A stretch of DNA of 64,000 nucleotides from an uncultured Fibrobacteria bacterium (GCA_963716395.1 OY970309.1:672001-736000); one strand, 5' to 3'; shown: positions 18,857-29,656, counted from the stretch's first letter. A program made the numbers and translations. Notes: generated by a model not told the origin, from the sequence alone.

Positions 18857-20299
18857 ATGTCGGCTAAAAAACTCGCCAAGTACCTGGCCTTTCTCTCCGA
18901 TCTGGCCGCCATCAATTTGGCCCTGGCCGGCATCTTTTGGCTGCGCTATCGCAGCGGTTTTTTCCCGGCCACCTATGATCCGTTCAAAAGCTTCGCCGAA
19001 TTCACCCAACCCGCGTTTTTGCTGAGCCTGGGCGGCATCGCCTACTTCTTCTTCTCCGGGCTTTACCGCGACTGGTCGCTGCATTCGCGCGCCCTGCAAA
19101 TGGCGGTGGTTTCGAAAGAAGTCACCTTGTTCTGCCTGCTGGTATTGGCCGTGACCACAGGATCGGATGTGCTCGAAGCCTGGAGCCGGCACCGTCTCTC
19201 CCAGGTGCTCACAGCCACGCGCCTCTTCAGCATGCTCAGTTATTGGGTCACCTTTCTGGTTGCCGTGAACGGCCTGCGGCTCCTGACCCAAATTTTCGTG
19301 CGCTCTTGGTTACGCCGGGGCGTGGGTCAGGAAGGCCTGTTCATACTGGGCGCCACCGAGGCCGGACAACGCATCGGTCAAGAACTGGAATCGGCCCCCG
19401 AACTCGGCTGGAAGGTCGAGGGTTTCCTGGACGAAAACCCGGCCCTGCGCGGGCAAAGTTTCGGCCGGGCCACCGTGTTGGGAAAATACGCCGAGTTGCC
19501 GACGCTGATTCGCGCGCGGCGCGCCGGCGGCCTCATCATCAGCCATGAATCCTCTTCGCACAATGAAATCCTGCGCATTCTCTCCTATGCCGCGGAATTC
19601 CCGGTGACCATTTTCATCGTGCCGGATTTGTACGACGCGGCGGCCGGCCATTTCAAAACCAATGCGGTGCACGGCATCGCGCTCAAGGAGCTGTTTCCCG
19701 AACACATGCCGTCCTGGGAGGCCGATCTCAAGCGCCTCATCGACCTCGGAGCTGCGGCGCTGGGGCTGCTGGTCGGCGGGCCGTGGCTGCTGTTGATCGG
19801 CGCGCTGGTGCGGCTGGATTCTCCCGGCCCGGCCCTGTATGCGCAGGAGCGCATCGGGCAATACGGCCGCCGCTTCCGGCTCTACAAATTCCGCACCATG
19901 CGCACCGACGCCGAAAAAACCGGGCCGCAATGGGCGGCTGCGAACGATCCGCGCATTACCCGCCTGGGCCGCTTCTTGCGCCGCATGCGACTCGACGAGT
20001 TACCCCAGTTGTGGAACATTTTAAAAGGCGACATGAGCCTGGTGGGTCCGCGGCCCGAGCGCGAACATTTCATCCAGCAATTGCGCAACGAAGTGCCGTT
20101 GTACCTGCGCCGGCTCAAAATGAAGCCCGGGTTGACCGGCTGGGCCCAGGTCAAGCACCATTACGACGCCAGCCTCGAAGACGTGAAAACCAAGGTGTTG
20201 TTCGACCTCTGGTATTTCGAGAACATGTCGGTGCCGCTGGATTTGTCCATCATTTTGCGCACCGTTTGGGTGGTGCTGCTGGGCAAAGGCGCGCGCTGA
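18857..20299 (+). CDS. Exopolysaccharide polyprenyl glycosylphosphotransferase (WcaJ/WbaP-like)
   Basis: N-terminal TMs, Rossmann-like domain, KRLID, YKFRTM, DPRITRLGRFLR..RLDELPQ, GDMSLVGPRP, KPGLTGWAQ. Confidence 0.92.
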   Translation: MSAKKLAKYLAFLSDLAAINLALAGIFWLRYRSGFFPATYDPFKSFAEFTQPAFLLSLGGIAYFFFSGLYRDWSLHSRALQMAVVSKEVTLFCLLVLAVTTGSDVLEAWSRHRLSQVLTATRLFSMLSYWVTFLVAVNGLRLLTQIFVRSWLRRGVGQEGLFILGATEAGQRIGQELESAPELGWKVEGFLDENPALRGQSFGRATVLGKYAELPTLIRARRAGGLIISHESSSHNEILRILSYAAEFPVTIFIVPDLYDAAAGHFKTNAVHGIALKELFPEHMPSWEADLKRLIDLGAAALGLLVGGPWLLLIGALVRLDSPGPALYAQERIGQYGRRFRLYKFRTMRTDAEKTGPQWAAANDPRITRLGRFLRRMRLDELPQLWNILKGDMSLVGPRPEREHFIQQLRNEVPLYLRRLKMKPGLTGWAQVKHHYDASLEDVKTKVLFDLWYFENMSVPLDLSIILRTVWVVLLGKGAR

Positions 20300-20315
20300 T
20301 TTTAAGATGTGACTT

Positions 20316-21275
20316 TTATTTCGATTTGAATTCATCGGGCGGAATTTCGGGTGCCGTGGCCTCCGCGACCGGCCGGGTTTCGGGCGCCGCGGCTCCGGGC
20401 GCACGTCGAACGTCAAAGACCTCCGCTTTCGCCCCCGGATCGCGGGCTTTAACCAGGTCGCGCAAAGCGCGTACCTGTCCCCGCACAAAGGGAGGCAATT
20501 CGTCCTGACGGGGTTTGCCCGGCAGAGCCGCGCTTTCGGCCCGGTCGATGTGTTCCGGCGACCAGGCCCAGAGCAACAGGCATAACGCTTCCAGTTTGCG
20601 CCGGAACGGAGACCGCGCCAGGGGCACGTCCCACTCCGTCCACCCGTTTTTCCTGGCCACCCGCCGCAGCCGTCGGGTGGGGCGCACGCAAACCGGAAAA
20701 CGCACGAAGCGCAAGAGGGGCAAGTCGTGATGGTGATCAGAATAGGCAAAGTCCGGCCGCCCCGCTTCGGTCCAGCCGCCGGCGCGCAGACGCTCGACCT
20801 TGTTTTGACCGCGCAAATTGCCGCCGCGATAGCGCGGCAGACCCAAGCCACCACGCCGCCATTCGAGTTCGGTTCCCAGCACCGAACAGGGCGGCAGAAT
20901 CCCTTGGATATGCTTGAGGTAAAAGATGGCGCTGGCCGAAATCACCACCACTTCGTGGCCGAGATAATGGTGGGTCCACAGGCGCTCCAGTACCGGACGG
21001 GAAAGGCGGAAGGCCAAATCTTCGCGCGCAAAGGCCGCCGCCAACGCCTCAAGCCGCGCCGGATCCTCGAAGGACATGGGCCAAAAAAAAATGCGCTTCA
21101 AGGTGTGGCTGCTCAAGAATCGCAGGGCGAACAGCGCCATGCCGATCCCATTGGCGATTTGAAACCAGCGGCGGCCGGGCCGCCGGCGGTAATAGAAGCG
21201 CAGCCAGTAAAGAATGCTGTCGCCCTCTATCAAGGTGCCGTCGAAGTCGAAAAAAGCTCCGACCGAATCCGCCAT
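20316..21275 (-). CDS. HAD-IB family hydrolase (SerB-like / lipid phosphatase)
   Basis: FFDFDGTL motif I, ISAS motif II, GQNKV, AYSD..DLPLL motif IV. Confidence 0.82.
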   Translation of the reverse strand: MADSVGAFFDFDGTLIEGDSILYWLRFYYRRRPGRRWFQIANGIGMALFALRFLSSHTLKRIFFWPMSFEDPARLEALAAAFAREDLAFRLSRPVLERLWTHHYLGHEVVVISASAIFYLKHIQGILPPCSVLGTELEWRRGGLGLPRYRGGNLRGQNKVERLRAGGWTEAGRPDFAYSDHHHDLPLLRFVRFPVCVRPTRRLRRVARKNGWTEWDVPLARSPFRRKLEALCLLLWAWSPEHIDRAESAALPGKPRQDELPPFVRGQVRALRDLVKARDPGAKAEVFDVRRAPGAAAPETRPVAEATAPEIPPDEFKSK

Positions 21276-21350
21276 GGTGCAATAGTAGCAGCCGCGCGAC
21301 AGACGGCGTCGATTTCGGGCCGGACCGGAGCAAATTCTATTTTCGACGCG

Positions 21351-23228
21351 ATGGCGAACGAGACCGCAGTAGAGGCGCTGCTCCGACGCGCCGAAGCGGT
21401 ATGCGCCGCGTCGGCGGCGCTGCGTTGCCTGCGTGATGACGCGGACCGCTGGCAAGCCGCCTGCGCAGCCTCCCGCCCGCTCGATCCTGCCGAACAGATC
21501 GCCCTCGAAACCCAGGGGAATTACTGCGAAGCCTGGGACCAGGTGCGCGTGATCGGCCGCGGGGACCTCGAAGCTGTGCGTCAAAACCGCTTCGAAGGCC
21601 CGGTGGTTCTGCGCCTGGGCGGCGGCGCTCCCCGGCTTTGGCGCAGCCGCTTGCGCCATGCCTCGGTGGGCGCGGCCGTGATCGAAGACACGACGCTGGC
21701 CGAACGGGTGTGGGTGGAAGATACGGCGTGCATCCGACGTGTTACGGAAATCACGGGAACACCCGGATCGCGGTTTTGCCTGGGCGTTGCTTTGCACCCG
21801 GGCAGCGAAACCGGCGCCCGCAGCATCTGGCTGTGGGATGGCTGGAGCCTGGAAGACTGCGCCGCCATGGTTGCGCTGACCTCCGCCGAGCAAGCGAGGC
21901 TGCACCAGGTGTTGGCCGGCAAACTCGATAATCTGGGCGCCGGCTTCAGTTGGATCGGCCCGGGCGCCCTCGTGGAGTCCTCGGGCCTGGTGACGGATTG
22001 CTTTCTCGGCCCCGGCGCGACGATTCGCGGCGCTGCACGCATGACGCGCTGCATTTTCGACTCCACCGTCGCGGCGCCGTCCCGCGCCGGCTCCGCCGTG
22101 CTGGCCGAAGACGTGGTACTAGCTCCCGGCGCCTGGCTGGATTCGGGCGCGCAGGCCGTGCGCGGGCTGTTGCTCCCCGTTGCGGCGCTGGAACGGGGCG
22201 CACATTTGCAAGATGCCGTGCTCGGTCCCTGCACCCGCGCCGCCCAAGGCGAAATCACGGCCTCGCTGGTGGGCCCGCTGGTCGGGTTTCACCATTCTTC
22301 CCTGCTCATCGGGGCTTTGTGGCCGGAAGGCCGGGGCAATATCGGCTATGGCGCCATGCTCGGCAGTAACCATACCGGCCGCCAACCCGATCAGGAAATC
22401 CGCCCCGGCGAAGGCGGTTTTTTCGGATTGGGTTGCGCGGTGAAATTTCCGGCTGATTTTTCCCGCGCCCCGTACTCCTTATTCGCGACGGGAATCACAA
22501 CGGCGCCGCAACGTCTGACCTTTCCCTTCTCCCTGATCGCGGCGCCCACGGCCTTGGCGCCGGCCGACGCCGCGGACCGCAACGAAATTTTTCCCGGGTG
22601 GATGTGGTCGGACAATCTTTACGCCTTGCTGCGCAACGCCTATAAATTCGCCGACCGCAATCCGGCGGGACTGGGATTGGCGGCCGAAGACTTGGTCCCC
22701 GAAACTTCGCCGCTGGCCGGAACCTTTTTGGCCGCCGCTATGTTCGCTCCGCGCATCGCCCAAAACGTGCGAGCCGCCTGGGCGGTTTTGCGCCGAGCCG
22801 AACCGGGAAATTCCAAAACCTGGTATTCCGAAAACGACCTTCCGGGACTGGGTCGGAATTGGATGCGGGCCGAACGCCTTCCCAGGGCGATGGCCGCCTA
22901 CGCAGAATATTTGCAAGCCGCCTTTTGCCGGAACCTGCTTTGGCCGGCGGAACCATCGCACACGGCCTGGGCCGGCTGGGACGATTTCGTTCCGAACGCT
23001 TTTGCTCCCGAAAGCCTGTTCGCAGCATTGCAACGTGGGGCGAAAAACTCTTTGCGCAAAGATGCGCAGAGGGGCGAAAAAATTTTCGACGACTACGCCG
23101 AATTTCATGCGGTGCCAGAAACCGATCCCGTATGCCTGCGGCTACGGCGGGATTGCCATCGCCTTCTCCCCATTCTCAGATCGCGCCTCGACGCACTTCC
23201 GCACCGCCCCGATACTCCGTCGGTTTGA
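21351..23228 (+). CDS. DUF4954-like protein with a beta-helix region
   Basis: GPLVGFHHSSLLI, GNIGYGAMLGSNH, FPFSLI, EIFPGWMW, RNAYKF, KDA.RG.KIFDDY motifs recalled for DUF4954 proteins. Confidence 0.6.
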   Translation: MANETAVEALLRRAEAVCAASAALRCLRDDADRWQAACAASRPLDPAEQIALETQGNYCEAWDQVRVIGRGDLEAVRQNRFEGPVVLRLGGGAPRLWRSRLRHASVGAAVIEDTTLAERVWVEDTACIRRVTEITGTPGSRFCLGVALHPGSETGARSIWLWDGWSLEDCAAMVALTSAEQARLHQVLAGKLDNLGAGFSWIGPGALVESSGLVTDCFLGPGATIRGAARMTRCIFDSTVAAPSRAGSAVLAEDVVLAPGAWLDSGAQAVRGLLLPVAALERGAHLQDAVLGPCTRAAQGEITASLVGPLVGFHHSSLLIGALWPEGRGNIGYGAMLGSNHTGRQPDQEIRPGEGGFFGLGCAVKFPADFSRAPYSLFATGITTAPQRLTFPFSLIAAPTALAPADAADRNEIFPGWMWSDNLYALLRNAYKFADRNPAGLGLAAEDLVPETSPLAGTFLAAAMFAPRIAQNVRAAWAVLRRAEPGNSKTWYSENDLPGLGRNWMRAERLPRAMAAYAEYLQAAFCRNLLWPAEPSHTAWAGWDDFVPNAFAPESLFAALQRGAKNSLRKDAQRGEKIFDDYAEFHAVPETDPVCLRLRRDCHRLLPILRSRLDALPHRPDTPSV

Positions 23229-23467
23229 TTTGCGTTTTTAGTTTTCGCCAAGGTTGAAGCCACAGCCTTGCTCACTCGATTCCGGATACGCGACGACACC
23301 CTTCATCGCGCCATCAGGCCGGTGGCCGGCAACGGGTTGGGAGAAGATGAAGGGAATGGATGGCAACTGTCATACTCTTTGTTCCAATTTGTCAAACGTT
23401 CCGGGTAATCTTCGACCCGTTCTTCCCGTTTCACACAAAACCGCTGCAAGTATCTGGAACAGGCCGA

Positions 23468-23483
23468 TGGATTCGAAATTGCT
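23468..23483 (+). promoter_or_regulatory. Candidate sigma-54 (-24/-12) promoter
   Basis: TGGATTCGAAATTGCT fits GG-N10-GC with TTGC, just upstream of RBS GGAGG. Confidence 0.45.
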
Positions 23484-23509
23484 GATAAGGCATTGGGAGG
23501 GCAGTGAAT

Positions 23510-24991
23510 ATGCAATGGTCTGATTACAATCCCGAAGGGTTTTACGACGAATTGTTCGAAGGCGCGGGCAAACCCCGAACTTTGGCAGAATTGCTGATGC
23601 GCAATCTGGAGAACATGCCCGAAGGTGAGCTGTTGCGCCGGCAACAAGCCGCGGAAAAAGCCTTTTTCGATCTCGGTATCACCTTCAATGTGTATAACAG
23701 CCCTTCGGGGGTGGAGCGGATTTTTCCCTTTGACATCTTGCCGCGCATCATCAACGCGGTGGAATGGAATTTCATCGAAAGGGGATTGCGGCAGAGAATA
23801 CATGCCTTGAACCTTTTTCTTGATGACGTGTATCACGATCAGAACATCGTCAAAGACGGCGTGATTCCGGCCGAAATTCTGCTGTCGGCCACGGGCTACC
23901 GCAAGGCCTGCCGCGGCTTGAACCCGCCCCGGGGCGTGTGGTGTCATATCACCGGCACCGATTTAGTCAAAGACGCCGACGGCAAGCTGTATGTGCTTGA
24001 AGACAATTTGCGCTGCCCTTCCGGAGTTTCCTACGTCCTCGGCAACCGCCAAGTCATGAAACGCACCTTTCCCCAAATCTTCGAAGCCGTCAGCCCCAGG
24101 CCGGTCGACGATTATCCCGGACAATTGCTCGACATGCTGCAATTTCTGCATTCACGGCCGGGCACCCCCAGCGTGGCGCTCTTGACGCCGGGCATCTACA
24201 ACGCGGCCTATTTCGAGCATTCGTATTTGGCCCAGCAAATGGGCGTCGAGTTGGTGACCGGCAGCGACCTCGTGGTACGCGACGGCTGGCTGTACATGCG
24301 CACCACCCATGGCTTCAAGCGCATCGATGTGCTCTACCGCCGCATCGACGACGATTTTCTCGACCCACGCGCCTTTCGTTCCGATTCGCTGTTGGGCGTG
24401 CCGGGCCTGCTCGACGTGTACCGCTCCGGCCGCGTGGCCATCGCCAATGCGCCGGGAACGGGCGTGGCCGACGACAAGGTCATCTACGCCTATGTTCCCA
24501 AAATCATCTCGTATTACCTGGGCGAAGAAATCATGTTGCCCAATGTCGAAACCTATCTGTGTTCGATTCCCGAAGAGCGGGCCTATGTCTTGGAGCACAT
24601 GGCGGAATTGGTAATCAAAACCGCCAACGATTCGGGCGGATATGGCGTGCTCATCGGACCGCATACCCCGGCCGAGAAACTGCGCGAATGGGCGGGGCGC
24701 ATCACGGAAAACCCACGCAACTACATCGCCCAGCGCACCCTGTCGTTGTCGCGCGCGCCGGTGATCGTAGGCGACCGCTGCGAAGGCCGGCATGTGGATT
24801 TGCGGCCCTTCGTGCTGTACGGCCGCGACATCTACGTGATGCCCGGCGGCCTCACGCGCGTCGCCCTGAAAAAAGGATCCTTGGTGGTAAACTCGTCGCA
24901 GGGCGGCGGCAGCAAAGACACCTGGGTGTTGCCGACGTCGGCGGTTCCGCCGGCGGTGGAAGTCGGACTCGCGGCGGCGGCGGCATGCTGA
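23510..24991 (+). CDS. Circularly permuted type 2 ATP-grasp protein
   Basis: [79 protein letters not shown]. Confidence 0.93.
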   Translation: MQWSDYNPEGFYDELFEGAGKPRTLAELLMRNLENMPEGELLRRQQAAEKAFFDLGITFNVYNSPSGVERIFPFDILPRIINAVEWNFIERGLRQRIHALNLFLDDVYHDQNIVKDGVIPAEILLSATGYRKACRGLNPPRGVWCHITGTDLVKDADGKLYVLEDNLRCPSGVSYVLGNRQVMKRTFPQIFEAVSPRPVDDYPGQLLDMLQFLHSRPGTPSVALLTPGIYNAAYFEHSYLAQQMGVELVTGSDLVVRDGWLYMRTTHGFKRIDVLYRRIDDDFLDPRAFRSDSLLGVPGLLDVYRSGRVAIANAPGTGVADDKVIYAYVPKIISYYLGEEIMLPNVETYLCSIPEERAYVLEHMAELVIKTANDSGGYGVLIGPHTPAEKLREWAGRITENPRNYIAQRTLSLSRAPVIVGDRCEGRHVDLRPFVLYGRDIYVMPGGLTRVALKKGSLVVNSSQGGGSKDTWVLPTSAVPPAVEVGLAAAAAC

Positions 24992-25974
24992 GTCGCGTCG
25001 CGGAATCGGTGTACTGGATGGCCCGGTACATCGAACGGGCCGAAAGCGTGGCGCGCTCGGTCGACGTGAATCTGCACGCCTCGCTCGACACGCCGGGCGC
25101 GCTGCGCGGGCAGTGGGAACCGCTGGTGGCGGCGGCCGGAGACCAGGCGCTCTTTCGCGAGCGCTACGGCGAAGTCATTCACAGCGATGTCGAGAGGCGC
25201 GAAGCCATTCTGCGCTTTCTCACCTTCGATGTGAACTATCCCAACTCGATCCTGTCGAGTTGGAGCCGGGCGCGCGAGAACGCCCGCCAGGTGCGGGGCT
25301 GCCTGACGCTCGAAGCCTGGGAACATCTGAACAAGTTTTACAACTGGTTGCACTCTTCCGAAGCGCACAAACGCGCCGAGGAATCTCCGCATGATTTCTA
25401 CAGCGAAATCCGCCAGGCCAGCTACCTGTTCGAAGGTATTCTGGAAACCACCATGTCGCGCGGCGAAGAGTGGCACTTTCTCAAGCTGGGCCGCTATCTG
25501 GAACGCGCCAACCAGACCTCGCGCATTCTCGACGTCAAGTATTTCATTTTGCTGCCCGACCCGGCGGACGTGGGATCCGTGGTCGACGACATTCTTTGGG
25601 CCGCGCTTTTGCACTCGGTGAGCGGCTACGAAATGTTCCGCCGCCGGCATGGGCGCATCGACCCCGAAAAGGTGGTTGACTTTCTGGTGCTCGACCGGGA
25701 ATTTCCCCGCGCCGTGCTCTTTTGCCTGCTGCGCGCCGAAGAATCGCTGCTGGCGATTTCCGGCACGCCCATGGGTTCATTCCGCAACTCCGCGGAAAAG
25801 CAGTTGAGCCGCCTGCGCGCGCATATCGCCTATTCCAATGTCGAGGAAATCATCGCCGGCGGGTTGCACGAATTTCTCGACGATTTGCAAACCGGCTTGA
25901 ACCGGGCCGGAGACAGCGTATTTGAAACCTTCTTCGCGCTGGAATCCCCGATGTTGGCACACTTGCAGCAATAA
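24985..25974 (+). CDS. Alpha-E domain protein
   Basis: [39 protein letters not shown]; overlaps the ATP-grasp stop. Confidence 0.92.
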   Translation: MLSRVAESVYWMARYIERAESVARSVDVNLHASLDTPGALRGQWEPLVAAAGDQALFRERYGEVIHSDVERREAILRFLTFDVNYPNSILSSWSRARENARQVRGCLTLEAWEHLNKFYNWLHSSEAHKRAEESPHDFYSEIRQASYLFEGILETTMSRGEEWHFLKLGRYLERANQTSRILDVKYFILLPDPADVGSVVDDILWAALLHSVSGYEMFRRRHGRIDPEKVVDFLVLDREFPRAVLFCLLRAEESLLAISGTPMGSFRNSAEKQLSRLRAHIAYSNVEEIIAGGLHEFLDDLQTGLNRAGDSVFETFFALESPMLAHLQQ

Positions 25975-26044
25975 GGGCTCGGCTGGACCCGTCCCGCGCA
26001 TTGCCATGGCCGCAGGCCCGGAGCTACTATTGCTTTTCCCTTGG

Positions 26045-26121
26045 GGCGGGTTAGCTCAGTTGGTTAGAGCAGCGGAATCATAATCCGTTTGTCCGGGGTT
26101 CAAATCCCTGACCCGCTACCA
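26045..26121 (+). tRNA. tRNA-Met (CAT), elongator-like
   Basis: Cloverleaf: GGCGGGT/ACCCGCT acceptor, TAGCTCAGTTGGTTAGAGC D arm, anticodon CAT, GGTTCAAATCC T arm, encoded CCA. Confidence 0.93.
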
Positions 26122-26546
26122 GCATTCTGCATTTGATGTCCCAAACCGTTGATTTCGAGGCTAACCCCGAAATCTGTCTCAAACCTTTCTCTCCTTCCAG
26201 ATCACCGCGTTCTGCTTAAAAGCGGGATCGTCACATGGATGTAACCTCCTGGGAGTGATCTTTTTCGCGTTGCCCTTCTCCGTCCGCTTCGGTCACTGCG
26301 GCAGGCAAAATCGCCCCTTTCCCAATCCGCTTTCGGGAAGCCCCGTCGAGCAAAGCGATGCCAAAATCCGAATTCGGACCCTGGGGGAATTCGTACTTCA
26401 AAACGCTCGGACGCCTTACTGAAACCATATTTTTTATTGCTCGTTTGAATGAAACGATGTGCTTATAATCCATAATTTACGGGCTTAAAATCAATACCCC
26501 CGCTATTTTTGGATCATTCAGTTTCAAAATAAGCGGGGAGATATTG

Positions 26547-28403
26547 ATGAGTCTTGTACGCAGGCCGAAACTTGGGATGGTGGTGGGTGTGTTGTTGGCG
26601 ACACAAGCGCCGTGGTTGATGGCCGCCGCCCAAAGCGACGCCTATTTGAATCTTGGGCCGCATCCGGGTTTTACCATCAGTACTATTCCGGCCCTGGGAA
26701 ATGTCAGCACCATGGGGTTGGCGTTCTTATCCACCGGCGACATGGTATGGCTGCGCTCCCAAGATCAGTATTTCAGCCCTCCTTCACCCAACTCCCAGGC
26801 AGGGGTGTGGTTAGTGAGCAATATGGCGACCAACCCCACCATCCGGCCACTCTCCCTTCAATTCCGCGAACCCACAGGCGTCGCCGTGGGCGACAGTGAT
26901 GAAATCATGGTCGTCGATTTGGACGGGGTTTACAAAGTCACCAGCTTGAATCCCTCCAACACTTCCGCGAATAGAACCTTGGTGTTGGCGGCGCCGCCCT
27001 CCACGCCGACTCTTCCTTATCACACTTTTATTTTTTGCCCGATCTACTATGACGGCATGTATTACGCGCCGTATTCGGGAACCATGATCCCCGGCGGTTA
27101 CGCGGACGCGAATCCCAGCGGCCCCTACTCGGGTTCGGTGCTCGCCTGGAAGTCCGACGGCTCCGGAGGCTTTACCAAGTATGCCGGCGGATTGCGCTCG
27201 CCCAACGGCGGCGGGGGCGGACCCAACGGCGTGATGATGTTCACGGACAACCAGGGAAGCTGGAATCCTTCTTGCGCCTTTAACATCATCAAGCTGAACA
27301 AATTTTATGGCACGCACCAGGATGCGGGGTACACCGACAACTGGGCGGGCATCGCCAATACCGCCGGAACCCTGCCTTATCAACCGCCGGCGGCCTGGTT
27401 TCTGCAAAGCGTCGCCGTGGGTCCCACTTACGGCAACAGTCAAAGCACCGCCCAGCCGCTTTACATGGATCGCGGCCCCTACCAGGGCGATTGGATCATG
27501 GGGGATTGCAGTGAAGAGGGTATCTCGCGTGTTTCCCTGGATCCCGTGAATGGAGGCACGGGTATCTCCGCAGATTACAACGGCTCGGTGCAATGGTTCA
27601 CTTCCGGAATTTCCACCAACGGGACGATTCCATGCCCCAACCGTCTGGTTTGGGATCCCACCCACAACAACATCTACATGGGTACTTTGGGCCCTCTCGG
27701 GGAGGCGGGGGAAGCGTGGCCGGCCGCAAACTCCGCCCAGCCTTTCTATAAAATCGCTTTCAACGATTCTGTGATTAAGGCCTCCTTTGAAATCTTAAGC
27801 GTTCATTCCCGCGCCAACGGAGTGGAAGTCGTGTTTTCCCAACCCGTCTCCACGGCGTCGGCGGTAGCCGGAAGCTTCACTTTGCATGAATGGCAAATAA
27901 AACGGCAACAAGGCTATGGCGCCGGCAACAATTCCGTGACGCCGCCTGCCATTACCGGCGTGCAGCTTTCCACCGATCAGACGCGCGTATTTCTCAATAT
28001 CGGCAACCAGGCCGTCATCGACCGCGTCCTGGTAATCACCGCGGCCGGCATCCGCTCGCAGTCCGGCGGGAGTCCCTTGATTTACGACCAGACCTGGTTC
28101 ACCCATAACTACCAATCCACGGTGCCTTTCGATCCGGCTCCCACGAGCGTCGCCGATCGCGAAGTGGACAAGTTCATGCAAGATCGCGTTCAGCAGACCT
28201 TGCTGGGCGACGCAGTCAAGGTGCAGGTCGACCTGCAGGGCGCCTACACGGTGGCGCTAAGCTCTTTCAACGGGGCCCGGGTCGAGGTGAAGAACGGTTT
28301 CAATCCGAACGAATTCACCCTCCCGGCGCCGGGACGCGGCTTGTATATCCTGCAAGTTCGCCAAGGGAAACACGGCTACGTCAGGCCGGTGGCGTTCAAT
28401 TAA
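26547..28403 (+). CDS. Secreted beta-propeller protein (sugar dehydrogenase-like) with an Ig-like domain and C-terminal sorting-type domain
   Basis: Signal peptide; AGGLRSPNG and TDNQGSW motifs of PVC/GSDH-like propellers; tail PTSV...NGARV...GLYILQV. Confidence 0.55.
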   Translation: MSLVRRPKLGMVVGVLLATQAPWLMAAAQSDAYLNLGPHPGFTISTIPALGNVSTMGLAFLSTGDMVWLRSQDQYFSPPSPNSQAGVWLVSNMATNPTIRPLSLQFREPTGVAVGDSDEIMVVDLDGVYKVTSLNPSNTSANRTLVLAAPPSTPTLPYHTFIFCPIYYDGMYYAPYSGTMIPGGYADANPSGPYSGSVLAWKSDGSGGFTKYAGGLRSPNGGGGGPNGVMMFTDNQGSWNPSCAFNIIKLNKFYGTHQDAGYTDNWAGIANTAGTLPYQPPAAWFLQSVAVGPTYGNSQSTAQPLYMDRGPYQGDWIMGDCSEEGISRVSLDPVNGGTGISADYNGSVQWFTSGISTNGTIPCPNRLVWDPTHNNIYMGTLGPLGEAGEAWPAANSAQPFYKIAFNDSVIKASFEILSVHSRANGVEVVFSQPVSTASAVAGSFTLHEWQIKRQQGYGAGNNSVTPPAITGVQLSTDQTRVFLNIGNQAVIDRVLVITAAGIRSQSGGSPLIYDQTWFTHNYQSTVPFDPAPTSVADREVDKFMQDRVQQTLLGDAVKVQVDLQGAYTVALSSFNGARVEVKNGFNPNEFTLPAPGRGLYILQVRQGKHGYVRPVAFN

Positions 28404-28468
28404 CGCCGGGTTTAAACGCGCATGCGCATCACCCGGAAAGTTGAGTTTCAAATCTCAGAGTGAAGGAA

Positions 28469-29617
28469 ATGGACCACAAAATTCTTTTAAGCGTGGGTAT
28501 TACCGCTTGCCTTGGTACTCCTTCTCCGGGCCAAAACGGCCCCGTCACTTCAAACCTCAAACGCGTGCTGGTATACTCCTACGGATATTCTTCCGACCAT
28601 GCCAACACTCCCGCCTGGGACGGCTACTTCATCAAGCTCGGCGCCGATTACGGTTTCAGCGTGGATACCACGAGCAACCCTTCGGCCTTCACAACTGGCA
28701 ACCTCACCAACTATCAAGCCATCGTACTCTTCAATGCCCTCAATTTCGGAACCCAAATGACGCAGGCTCAAAAGGACGCGGTCCGGGCGTGGTACGGTGA
28801 CAACCACGGCATGGCCTGCTTTCACCAATGCGTGAAGAATCAATGGGGTGGAAATTATCCCGATTGGTACGACAGTCTAATGGGTGTGCAATACGATACT
28901 TGGGCCGGTTTCGCCACCGGTCCGGTTTATGTCGACTCCAGCGTGGTGGGAACCGATCTGGCCAGGTCCAGCGATGGAACGCCGTATCCCGCGAACTATT
29001 CGATTACGTGGAACGATGAGTGGTACACCTATCTCGCCGATCCCGGGAAAGTCCCGGGTACGAAAATGATGTGGACCACGCACCGATCCGCCTTCAATTT
29101 CTCAGGCTCGGCGGGCTTTAACCTGGCCGGGGAAGTTCAGCCTATGGCCTGGGCGCGTGAAGCACTCGGAGGGAGGTTCGTTTTGAATTCCATGTTCCAC
29201 ACCGATACGACCCGTACCTCCACGGATCTTAATTTGCGAAAATTCGTAGACGGCGCCTTCCTGGGAATTCTGCGCTATGCGGCGGGGTATTCTGGATGCA
29301 TGGATTCATCTTATTTGGAATACAATCCGAAGGCCACCGATTCCGGCGCCGGCGCCTGCGTCAATTTAAAAACCACTTCCATCCGGGTTGAGGGTGATGT
29401 CGGTAACAGCCTCGGGGAGGCCGGTACTTTTCACGTTACCTTCACCCAACCCGGCGAACACACCGTGGAAGTCCTCGACATTCGCGGTCGTAGAGTATTC
29501 TTCGCCCGGGGCGAAGGAGCGCGCAAATACCGCTTTGATGATCTCCCCTCCGGTCTTTATTTCTTGCAGGCGCGCGCCGGCAATGATTCTTTTAATCGTC
29601 GTTTCCTGCTTTTTTAG
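28469..29617 (+). CDS. Secreted ThuA-like (class I GATase fold) protein with C-terminal sorting-type domain
   Basis: RVLVYS, LTNYQAIVLFN, WYDSLMG, DEWY, PMAW, GGRF motifs; tail TTSIR...DIRGRRV...SGLYFL. Confidence 0.7.
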   Translation: MDHKILLSVGITACLGTPSPGQNGPVTSNLKRVLVYSYGYSSDHANTPAWDGYFIKLGADYGFSVDTTSNPSAFTTGNLTNYQAIVLFNALNFGTQMTQAQKDAVRAWYGDNHGMACFHQCVKNQWGGNYPDWYDSLMGVQYDTWAGFATGPVYVDSSVVGTDLARSSDGTPYPANYSITWNDEWYTYLADPGKVPGTKMMWTTHRSAFNFSGSAGFNLAGEVQPMAWAREALGGRFVLNSMFHTDTTRTSTDLNLRKFVDGAFLGILRYAAGYSGCMDSSYLEYNPKATDSGAGACVNLKTTSIRVEGDVGNSLGEAGTFHVTFTQPGEHTVEVLDIRGRRVFFARGEGARKYRFDDLPSGLYFLQARAGNDSFNRRFLLF

Positions 29618-29656
29618 ACGACGGATTCAAGTAGCTGGGTGACCGCGACGGGGCTT

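Noticed and set aside
20727-21905. Apparent long overlap between the 833-aa and 529-aa ORFs
   Set aside because: Family motifs begin at ATG 21351 (+) and ATG 21275 (-), so the real genes do not overlap
26231-26473. 80-aa ORF after the tRNA as a possible integrase remnant
   Set aside because: It has no tyrosine or serine recombinase motifs and overlaps the probable promoter of the next gene
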